From contig OZ316895.1 of assembly GCA_973895155.1 (NCBI GenBank), forward strand, positions 12,221,929 to 12,285,928: a stretch of 64,000 nucleotides of DNA, given 5' to 3'. A program made the position numbers and the translations under genes. The notes under the pieces were generated by a model. That model searched no databases. It saw only the letters and a list, made by a program, of their open reading frames with translations, and was not told the origin of the DNA. This DNA is from Marsupella aquatica. Lineage: Eukaryota; Plantae; Marchantiophyta. This document shows positions 11,201 through 21,727 of the stretch, piece by piece (position 1 is the first letter of the stretch; each line of letters opens with the position of its first letter).

Positions 11201-13660
11201 TTAGTTTCTCTGTGTAGCCAAACGTCCGCTAGACTGTACTCTTTCGTTAAGAGTGCTGGACCGGGTAAACTCACGGCCCTGAAGTAGTTTAAAGGCGGCG
11301 AACATAGTACGACGTAAGCTTTACGGCCTAACAATCAAACAACTCGAAGGTATTACGGATGCACGGGACTCGAGAAAACACACCTGCTTCTTGCATGAGC
11401 AGTAGGCTCTTTTTTCATAGCCGTGCACAATTTCAGTCGATGGAAAAGTGGTCAATGTTCTAGGAGGAATCCAGATAATAACAGCTACAGGTATCGATCA
11501 TATACTTTTTTCATAGCCGTGCACAATTTCAGTCGATGGAAAAGTGGTCAATGTTCTAGGAGGAATCCAGATAATAACAGCTACAGGTATCATATACCCC
11601 GATGGATCACTGTGCATTCACGTGATAAATAGGAGTTCGACCAGCCCCGCTGTTTTCTCTCTTGGTCGACTCGATAAACTAAGAGCATGATTTATGTACA
11701 AGTGAGCTCGAGAGGTTGTGTTGCTGAACCAGGAATAGTGATTCATGAGCAACATTGCATTACACTTCTTTGACACAAAGTTATACTGGGGACATACTTT
11801 ATTCTACCATACGTGCAACACCGCATTTGGATGGCTGCAAGCACAGAGCGAGGGTCGATAAGGGGGCGAAATTTGCTTGAATCGTCTTCGCATGTAGTAT
11901 GGCTAGTAGCTATGTCGTGTTGAGTAAAATCTCGAAAGATTATTGAAGCGGAAACTTTTGTATCACCAAAGTACGTCACTTGCATCAAAACATGAGCATA
12001 AACTAGTCGATAATTCAAAATCCATCTTACAAGTATTTCAGGCCTGTTGGTAACAGGAAAAGGAGATGCTACTCCTGTCGAGTTCCAACGATGGCAGAGT
12101 GGTTCTCTGGGACGTCAACCGGGTTCGGGTGAAAAAGGGAACTCGAGAGCTGACCCAAGAAGGGATGCCTCGCGTCGTGTGCCAGACCACCACACTTCAC
12201 TCGGGCAGCATATTTGGGATGCACGAAATGGAAGGTAGGATGGCCACGGCTAGCGACGATGGAATGGGGATTTCAGTCATCAGAGAAACGATGATCATTA
12301 TGGAAAGATGTATCACTGGTCATCACTCTGGTGTGATCCGAAGTGTACGATTCAGGTAATTTATCGAGCTTCATGACGCTTAATTAACTTTTCACTCTCT
12401 CCATCATAATACTTTAGATCCTCGTTTGGGGGCGGAGAATTCAATTGCAAAGTTCATAAATCTGTTAAAAAGTCGATTTGAGGATATCACCAACTTGGCT
12501 CACTGAAGAAGAAAAGTACTTCACTTTATTTCCAATCATCATGCTCTATCATGCTCTATCTATATATAAACAAGTTGGGCATCAATGGATAGTCACCATG
12601 TAATCTAGTTAATGAACAGTGAGAGAAATATATATCGACAATCAGACACGTTCAGCCAACAGAAGTTTCTACTCACCGTTGGTAGATTTGCTTGAGGCAG
12701 CTCAAATTAAAGGTTTCTCGAAAAATACATGGTTCCTTTGAAACCTTAAATCTCGCGTAAGCTCAAAAACCTTCATCCCAGACAAGAGTAGCATTGTCCC
12801 TGAAGATGAACGTAACTCCTTGAAAAGGAATTTAAATGATGAGAAGCTGACTCAGATTACTTACATGAAGTGAAACGTAGAACACAGATGAAAACATTCT
12901 TGCTGCACCTAGAATAGAATTGTAATTACGGTTTTTGGGCCTATCAATTTTCAAACTCTTTTCCTTGTTTGTAGTCTATCTTTCAATCAATGGATTTTCC
13001 AGAATGGTATGCATTGTTCATCGAGTGACGAAGAAGGTGGCTATTTGAATCAGCAGGGACAAGAACGTATTGGCGGATTGCGGAGCAGACATGGGAATTG
13101 GAATCTTGGACCTGCGATGTCCCGAGCCGTGCACCCTGAAGCTCTCCACAGAACACAAGACTGCGATGAGCACGGTAGAGTGGAGCCCCGGGTCGGACAG
13201 CGTGCTGCTATCTGCCAGCCTCGACCCGCAAATCTACCTCCACGACATTCGCAGCACTCGAGGTTTCATGCACAGGCTCGACGGACACGTCCACCCCCGC
13301 CGTCTCAAATGCTACAGCGTCTACCGACCCACCTTCGTCGATGGTGGACAAGCCGTCGTCAGTCCTGGTGAAGGAACTCACCACCTATCTCTCTATGCCG
13401 TGGACACGGGCTCCGCCATCGGCAAAGTAGACCTCGGTTTCGACACCACGATTGTGCACTGGAGTGGGCTCGTCCCGAGTGCGCAAGGTGGGCTGTGGGC
13501 CGGCAGCAACGCTATCACGTACTGCAAACCAGTCTGGCCGCTGCCTGGCAGCACCAGTCAATTTGACAACGATGATCATGAACTGCAGCAGCCCTCCTCG
13601 CGGTACAGCGATGGTGGTGTGCCGGTGGCGGGGGACGCATCAACCCCTTACATCGAATAG
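8214..13660 (+). CDS. Large nuclear protein: disordered N-terminus with three AT-hook-like motifs plus C-terminal WD40 repeats (WDR76/Cmr1-like), about 1253 aa, 3 exons
   Basis: Exons 8214-11072, 12057-12355, 13057-13660 (GT-AG, phases 0 and 2; 3762 nt in frame). Motifs KKRGRPKK, PRGRPRK, RRGRPPG and YERERENNILRNRAFLQGL. WD repeats LLLSSSNDGRVVLWD, GHHSGVIRSVRF, HKTAMSTVEWSP..LLSASLDPQIYLHDIR. Confidence 0.8.
11409..11591. repeat. Intronic tandem duplication, 96-bp period, 2 copies
   Basis: TTTTTCATAGCCGTGCACAATTTCAGTCGATGG...CAGCTACAGGTATC repeated identically over about 85 bp. Confidence 0.92.
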
Positions 13661-14967
13661 CTGATGTAGATTGAAGCCTTGTTTTTTAAATAGCTAAGGT
13701 TACTTTCTTCCAGCTGCTGCAAATTTCGACACACTTAAGTCAACATTGTATCAAGGCGATCTCGTCACGCAACGAGAACCCCACATATGAGCTACCCGAT
13801 CCAGCAACTCCTCGATTCAAGCTCACGATGGTCGACATTCTTTTCATAGATGTACATCGACGAGGATCTGACTCCTTCAAGGCATCACCTTCCTGGTGAT
13901 CCTCACAACAAAAAAGGTGATCGATCTAAAGGGTAGTTTGCTGCGTAAAGGGTATTGCGAAACGGCACAATTCAAAGATTGCAGCCTGGCGCGTCTTGAT
14001 GAATGGATGACTGGAGCTAAATCTAAGGGGGAGGGTGTATCGTCTCGAGTTTTGATCGTAGTAAATAGGTCAGGAGACTCTCACAACAAAAGTTGTGCTG
14101 ATGCCGTGCTAGAGTTCTGACATTTGTACATTATTCAACATCAAAAGACATCAAACGACAACAGGTGCTGCACAAAACAAAACCATCGCTGTATCCTCCG
14201 AAGTTCCCTCGGATAGCTGGGGTAGCTTTTTCGGGAACAACCTGTTAATCTGGTGCGTGTTTTAAGCATAAGTACGTTTGTCTAGAAAGGGTAACAATAC
14301 CAACGACGAAACCAGCTTTCGTCTGCTAAAGGCGACGACAACTTCATAGGAGCATATATATTCAGAGAGGTTTTTGTTACATTCTGTATTTTGGGGACGG
14401 ACACTTAAAGACACGGTTCGACAGCAAAGTGACGCCTTGTGGAGGATCCTTCTAGAGCTGATGAAAATATTACTTCTCTCGAAGTGCATTGTTGTTGATG
14501 GAGCTGAGAGGTCTTAAATTCCCTCTAAAGAATTACTCCCCAAACAGGAAAAGCTTGCAATGTACAGTGGCTTATTTCCGAAAGCCTAAAATAGAAATCC
14601 TTTGGGCTCTCAGAGCTGTAGCACAGTTTGTTTTCTAACCTCGCCTAAGGTAATGGTAGGTCCCTGAGAACGTTGCCATCGGCTCCTCGTGTTTCAGCAT
14701 CCGCTGCAGCTGGGCTGCAACTTCCTTCAAATCGTAGAGCAGTTTCAACGTTGAAAATTCGAACTTCTTTAAAATGCCTTTCATGATACGATTTCAGTCA
14801 AAAAGTTGATAATTTCTCTGGCATGGGCAAGGCATCTTTGATCCACCAATCCCTTTGAGAATGCCATCAAGCACCTTGCGAACTGGCAGTGCTGCCAAGT
14901 TCTTGAGATGTCGTTATGTGCACAATGGACACTAGTAATATGCTGTACGTGAAAGAATTTAGTGACG

Positions 14968-17900
14968 TTATAAGAACATATCCTTAAAATAAGGTTCAAA
15001 CTCTTCGTTCCCAGGAGTCTGCTTTGATGACTGCAATCTGGACGTTTCTGCACTGTTTACGCCTGTAGGACGGTCTCTTGGCCCTGCAGAGAAAACAGCT
15101 GAATTAAAGTCAAAAGGTTCTTGTATGCAACAACAGCGGAGGATAAGTTTCCTTGACGACGGTTCATGGGTGGCAACAGTAAGCAGCACTTGATCTTACA
15201 GCAAACGCAATCATATCGTTCAGGACTGAGGAAAAATACCAGGTGACACGCCTGTTTGCTCAATCTGCTTCCCATCGCCTGTTTCAACATGCTGCTTCTC
15301 ATCAGAGGCCTCAGAATCGGGACTGCAGCTGCTTCTCAAGCTGTCACTCTCACTCTCAGTGTCAACATCCGACTCCTGAGATTTCTTATCTCTTCGACGT
15401 GACTTACTGTCTCTGTCTCTGCAAGGCACATGCAAGGTGCTATTTAGAAATTGTAAGTAGCATAAACGTACTTCGATGAGAAAAATTCCCTATCTCAATA
15501 CAAAATACTTAGTATAGGATTACTCGAGCCACAAACAAACTATCAATCTTATGAACGTAGGGCAAATAGGAGAGTAACCAGCACACTATACCTTCGTCGT
15601 TTTCGTTTTTTTCCCTGCTCTTTCCGAAGCTGCCTTGCGAACTCCTTCTCTTTACGGTAATTTAGCTTGTATGCACATCTACAAAGAACGGCTATCCGTC
15701 AGCTAACCAAACACTTGCCTTCTCCATTTCATCTGACTAAACAGTAAAACGAGGATTTTCACAAACCTCAAAAGTGCAGTGTAAGTTCAGTACCGTAATT
15801 TCAAAACGAGGTCCCCAATATCGATCCCACATAAACAAAAATCGACATACACAGACACACAAACTTACCGAGGGCAAACCCTTAATTTCACCAGAGCCTG
15901 CTTACTTTCACCCGATTCCGTGTAGGCAAAGTTGACCTGGCACAGCCCCCCAACAAACACAAGGGATCCACAAATCCATCCCTTGAGATCAGATGGGGGT
16001 TCTTACATGATAAGACATGAGAACAAAAGATACACGTCTAACTTCCTCTTCCACATTCATTGGATTCCTACTCATTCTTCTTCTTCCCCACACCTGGGAT
16101 TGAACTTGACAGGCAACTGCATTTGACTGGAGTTCTCAAGACAGCAATCTATTACTGCAACTGATTTTCCATGTGACCTTTCAGTACACGTGCCTCATAA
16201 CTGCGCAACCCATCCCTTTCATTGCAGTTTTTATTTCCACAGATAAACTGACCTGCACAGCGCAAGAAGCATGTTATATTGCAGCATCGAAAAAATGTCA
16301 TAAATATACTAACGGCATCAAAATTCGAGCTCCAAGCCTGAACACATTTATTAAGTCGATACGCTCACAACCTCGACCCGAAGAAAGAGTCTTAGGCATC
16401 CATAGTGAAGAAACACATGTCAGACTTGATGAAAACATATGTACAAGCCAATTCATCTACTATTATTCGTCCAAATGGTTCAGAAGCCCAGCTCCAGCCT
16501 GCTCTGGGCATTACACACGCCCTCTCACCTACTTCGTAAGGCACCAATCAAACATCTGGGTGAGCCTTGACAGGCCCATGCATAAAATACTGTTTCAGTT
16601 GGTACACCTAGTTTGATGTTTGGGAACATAAATTCATATTATTGACACACCGGAGATACTAAAGTCGACTCATGAGTTCTCAGGTAAATGGAAGTCCCAC
16701 CTTTTCCGCCAATGACTTCCTTTTCAGACCGCCACCTTAATCCAATCTGCAAGAATGCTGAATAGCTACCAATTAATTTCGGTAAATAACCGTGATCGAC
16801 ATAAATGAAATGTCTAAGACAAGGGCAGCTTTGAACTGATATAGCTAAGTCCGTCTTAGAAAAAGTAAAATCTACAAAATCACTTTCCAATCCTCAGCCG
16901 AATCAACAGAACAATCAAAGCAAGATTACTGTCATGGAAGAGTACAATGATAAAGCATATCCTAATAGGTTGCACACTTAAATGCTGAATAAGGTAGCTT
17001 TCATCAGTCTAGAGACGATGTCTGGCATCCCTTGGATATATTTCCATACAAACAAATTGTTCATGTCACAGAATTCTCTTCAAAAGTAATTCTGAATATG
17101 TGGGTAAGAATAGACAAAAACCTTGCTCTCTTTGTAACGTGACATGTCTGCGATGCAATATCTGGAAACAATTAATTCGTTCAGTGTCAGATGAAGTAGA
17201 AATATGACGGCCATGAGCTGAGGTAAAAGAAACAGCATAACACTCGACCCATTAGGTGCCTTCATAGTATTCGAGCGACCGCATTTTCAGAAGCTCTCAA
17301 AGAACAACCACTAAAATACAAACAAAAAGCAACATCACTGAGAATTTAGGAGAATACTCTTTAAAAAGCTTGTCATAGTAACGTTTAGCGAGCCGCTGCT
17401 CCCAGGTTTGCTCCATATCATCCTCTTCGGTGCGTATAAATCTGGTAGAAACATTGTCAGAATACTGAAGGATTGCCAGTTAGAGTTTATGATCACGATT
17501 GATAGAAAAAGTCTAGAACGATTCACGCAGGAAGGAACTCCTCATAGCAGGAGCCTTGAGACGAAGCAGAACTACTGGATTCAAGATTTGTAACCTGTAA
17601 GTTTCTCGCAAGGTATCCAAATCAGTTTTGACAAGTTTAGGACCCACTGCTGTCTCTCCTTTACGATAATGATTCACTACAAACAGAGACACAATGTAAG
17701 AACAAGATAATGACTTCATGTGAATCTCATGGAAAAATATTCATCTTTGTTCAAGACAAGAATTCGGTAACCTTCGTTATTTTCAAACCTTGTATTGCAC
17801 TATGCAAAGAACCCTAACAAGAAAACGGAATTGGTTGTGGGAACATGTGTAGCCCTCAGCAAAAATTTATTGAAAGAGAACTGTTCCACATCCCCATATT

Positions 17901-18779
17901 AATTTTGGACGCCGAAAGCCGGTACATATAACTTATCTACAAGCATGAACGGCATCCTTCCCTTCCTGAGTCACTACTTTATCAAACTGCTGAGAGAGAC
18001 TCATATCTACCAAAAATCAACATAATTAAGGCACGGCCCAAAAGTTCTTGCGAGTGAGAATTTAGTGAGACCCACTGACTTCCAATTTGCTTTTTCTGGG
18101 CCTACAAACTCCATTTGGGTTCCAAACATGGGTGGTAACAGAGTTTCATTTATGGGAGTAAACGACAGAACTGATCCCGTACCACCTCGCATCTGCTTCC
18201 TAAAGTTAGATTAGGGATGAGGGCACGTTACTCGCATGACAGGATTTTGAGGAGCCTGGGCGTTTTACACATTGCATTAACCTATAATAATTCTACTGCT
18301 GTACTGCAATGGAGCTAGGAAACTGAATCAAATATCAAGCTCATTCACACTGCAAGAGGAAATCTACTCGAAACAAAGGGAAATGAAGGCACTGAATTTG
18401 TGGTGGGGCAGGATGTACCGTAATCATGCATGAATTTTTTGTGTCTGTCGTAGGCGTTGAGGCCCATAAGTTGAGAGCCATAGTGCCTGCACAGGAAAAC
18501 GAAATGTCTATCAGGATCAATTTCATATTTCCAAGAACACTTCTCTCCAGATTCCTTCTCAACGCAATCTAGCGAAATTCGGAGTGGACAAATAGACTCG
18601 AAAGGTGAACTGAGCGACCGTTTACTGTCTGGCGAACGTCCATGACACCGAAGATTTTTCTCTAAAAGTCACCCTACAGACGGAAAGCATGAAAAGATGT
18701 GCGAAGGGAATCATGGTGCTCACTGTCGTCGCTGCTCCCGCGAAAAAACGTCGGATCTCAGCGATGAAAAAGACGCCAT
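14968..18779 (-). CDS. FRA10AC1: FRA10AC1 homologue (spliceosome-associated protein), 11 exons, 294 aa
   Basis: Exons 18779-18724, 18486-18419, 17676-17595, 17441-17358, 17161-17122, 16746-16701, 16252-16194, 15936-15869, 15678-15592, 15418-15240, 15083-14968 (885 nt, in frame). Protein MASFSSLRSDVFSREQRRQ..GLNAYDRHKKF..KTDLDTLRETYRFIRTEEDD..WEQRLAKRYYDKLFKEYCIADMSRYK..IGLRWRSEKEV..GKGQFICGNKNC..SYEVNFAYTESGESKQALVKLRVCPRC matches the family signature. Confidence 0.93.
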
Positions 18780-18855
18780 GCTTTCCTTCGCTGACTGAGC
18801 TCTTCGCCCTTGACTTGAAGCTCAGAGGAAGCCCAGAAAGAGTGCGTAGCGATTG

Positions 18856-18932
18856 TTTGTGGCTTGACAAACGATTTGTCTGAATTGCAACTCTTTTGTG
18901 GCTTGACAAAGGCTTCGTCTGAACTGCAACTA
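18856..18932. repeat. 39-bp tandem duplication upstream of the FRA10AC1 start
   Basis: TTTGTGGCTTGACAAA....GTCTGAA.TGCAACT occurs twice. Confidence 0.8.
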
Positions 18933-19163
18933 TTTTATGGGTGTGGGGGTTTGCCAACAATGGATCAACGAGACCCGACACGATGACTTTGTGGGCTTTA
19001 AAGCGTCCCCTCGAGCTGAAAAACAATCATGGCCACCTGGCGAGGGATGATACATCGCAATAGTGATAGAGTAATTTCAGGCAAACAACTTTTAATTAAA
19101 CTTATTTAAACCGCCACTAGCCAAGACAAAAATGTAGTCTAACTCTAGCGGATCAAGAACGCC

Positions 19164-19262
19164 TTTTTGGCCCCGGTCAGTTATGGTTTATACACCATTT
19201 TGGCCCCAGTCAGCTATGGTTTATACACCATTTTGGCCCCGGTCAGCTATGGTTTATACACC
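19164..19262. repeat. 33-bp minisatellite, 3 copies
   Basis: TTTTGGCCCC(G/A)GTCAG(C/T)TATGGTTTATACACC(A) x3. Confidence 0.92.
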
Positions 19263-20029
19263 AGCTAGTGTTGTGCACGGTGCTACTGTTCGGAGGGTGC
19301 GACTGTTCCCAAAGGCTTTGGGTGTTGTGTCTAGTATCGGTGTTTTTTTTAAGGTTTTCTATTTTAAGCCAGTGCGGTAAATGATGGCTTCTCAAGGGAG
19401 AAGATTCTAAGAATATTCGCTAATAGATTTTCCTGCATTAAATCATGACCGTCAGATGTCCCTAGATTTAAGGAGGAATGTTAGATTCTGGCAAATGGAG
19501 TTCATGATTTGGTGAAAAAGTGGCAACTGGTGTTCAAAAAATCTAGCAAATATTAGCCAAAAGTGACCAACATTTTTTGGGGAGGTGGAATTTGGCAAAA
19601 ATTTACACTTAAAAAATACGTTGTCTAGTATTGTGCGCCGCATCTACTTGCACACCAACTTTTTGAACACTGACTGTGTGGTTCGCTGGGTGGTTTGTCA
19701 ATAGTGTTCCTCGTGCCTCTCAATGACCCTTACACTTCTGGTTTGTCTATTGCCAGGACCCCGGCGAGGACATCCAATTTTGTTTTTGTATGCTGAATTA
19801 CGTTCCTCCTCCACAACAAGTGAGAGAGAGTTGGACACAAACGGGGCTCTCAAACTCACCAAAATAAACATGAAGAAACAATCCCCAATGGCTATCCCAA
19901 ATCTCAAAAGTCTATACTTTTTGACACTGAAATTCAAAAACTATTTTATTTCTCCATTTTTGTATACAATATTTTAAAAATTTTCAATCCTGGAAGCCAC
20001 AAGAATACTACTGATTCATGAATATAAAC

Positions 20030-21128
20030 TCAATAAATATTTCCTCCATCAAACATAACAAGCTCAAAGAGCAAAACATATATCACACTGCCAAAAATAC
20101 AGGAACACCAACTGGGAGATGGGATCCCACAGGCAAAAAAGGCCCAATAAATTAAGGAAAGAAAGAAAGAAGGGAAAGACTCCAAAAAGACCAACAAGCC
20201 CAACAAACCAAGGGATCCCTCACACAAGGAAAGGTACACTAACAAAGTTAACAAACAAAGAACTAAAACCCTAATGGGCAGAAAATTGAAAAGCTTGCCT
20301 GGTAGAGCTGAAGAGTAAACTGCATTGGAGGGCCACAAAGGGGAATCTATTGAGAGGCCCTAAAACTAACGGCCTCGGCTCTACAAAGAATGTGAAAGCC
20401 TAAACCCTCTAAAGTGCCACCAACAAATCGGTCAAAAGAAGGTTGTGAGGACAAAAATAGGGGGAAACACCTCCGCACATTCTCGAATAAACTGGTCAAA
20501 GCGATGGTGGAAAGCACCAAAGACCTCAAGGGCAAAAGGGTAGTAAGAAAGGATCCCTCGGGTAACAAATCGCATAGAACTCTTCCTTGAGCCGGGCAGC
20601 CTTGGCTGCTGCATATCCAGGCACGTGTGGTGCAACAACAACTTAGCCCCAACCCGTAGGATCAACAACCACCACATCACCAAGAGTACAAACTCCCACT
20701 GGAGAAAAGATCAGGTCGGCCCACCTCTGGTCGATCAGGAACGCCATCCCTGAAGAGAACTAAGGACATATATGTTTTTGCTCCATAGCAACATGATGGT
20801 ACCTAGAGTCCAATGCAATGGCCGCCACCACGTCACGGATGTCATCTTGTGTCGCTATCCACTCACTCCCGTGACCACACCTGAGAATATGAACACTCCT
20901 AGGAGTCCAGAGCCACCCCGTAGACACATTCTTGGCCAAGTAGGCAGGGGTGAGGAAGACTAGGCACGGGTGAGGAAGACCCAAATGGAGACCCAGAGAT
21001 GTGGTGAAGAGGAAGGAGCTCATATATAAGGGGGCCCATAAAGGACTAGCAAAAGCCTAGTTCTAGAACAGCAGAGGATAAGTTTAGGGTTCATCTGGGA
21101 AAGCTTCAGTGCATTTCATCAAGAGGAT
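20030..21128 (-). mobile_element. Decayed, 5'-truncated non-LTR retrotransposon with zinc-knuckle plus restriction-like endonuclease C-terminus (CRE-like)
   Basis: Read across frameshifts: LGLHLGLP..CVYGVALD..HILRCGHG....QDDIRDVVAAIA..VAME..RWADL..LGDVVVVDP..PGYAAAKAARLKEEFY..PFALEVFG. This matches the CCHC plus E..RxD..DV..K RLE layout, followed by a T-rich 3' region. Confidence 0.65.
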
Positions 21129-21133
21129 GTAGT

Positions 21134-21536
21134 TGTTGAGCATAGACGACGATCGCAACGGCAAGCCCATGAACCATCCAACGCACAATAGTCGACACAA
21201 GAGATACGTGGTTCACCTCCTTGAGGCTACGTCCACGGGAACACACAAGAAAGCTTTACTGAACTCTAAGCCCGTCGGCTATACCGAGTCTCCACAGTGT
21301 AAGCTCTCCCTATCTCTCAAGTGGCTCCATAACAATGAGCCTTGGTTCTACCTCTCCAAGTACACATGCCTCTTATGATATAGTGTGCAACTTAGTTGTA
21401 CCTAACCACATAGTTGTACCTAACCACATAGTTGTACCTAATCACGTAGTTGTACCTAACCACATAGTTGTACCAACCCACATTGTTGTACCAACCACGT
21501 CATACCTAACCTAGACGTAAGAGTAAATACCCAACA
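21134..21536 (-). repeat. 3' LTR of the copia element
   Basis: Direct repeat of 27190-27592. Two substitutions were visible on comparison. Confidence 0.97.
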
Positions 21537-21547
21537 ATCTTCCCCTT
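21537..21547 (-). other. Polypurine tract
   Basis: Minus strand AAGGGGAAGAT immediately before the 3' LTR. Confidence 0.8.
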
Positions 21548-21727
21548 GACTCTGGTCTAGGGGAGAGTAATACTGCCAATGTATATGATCCCTCAGCGGG
21601 AAGTTCTGGACAGAAACCAAACCGGTTTCCCTCTCTAACTAGAGCAAACCAGAACTAAGCCGTAGCCTAATACATAGGAATGAGGAAGAGCATATATCAG
21701 TAATTACAATGAATGTTTAAGAAAACT

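Noticed and set aside
19266-19672. hAT-like MITE with (T/C)AGTGTT termini
   Set aside because: Only about 6 bp of inverted match and no 8-bp TSD.
21133-21378. 81-aa ORF duplicated at 27189-27434
   Set aside because: It is simply the antisense reading of the two LTRs.
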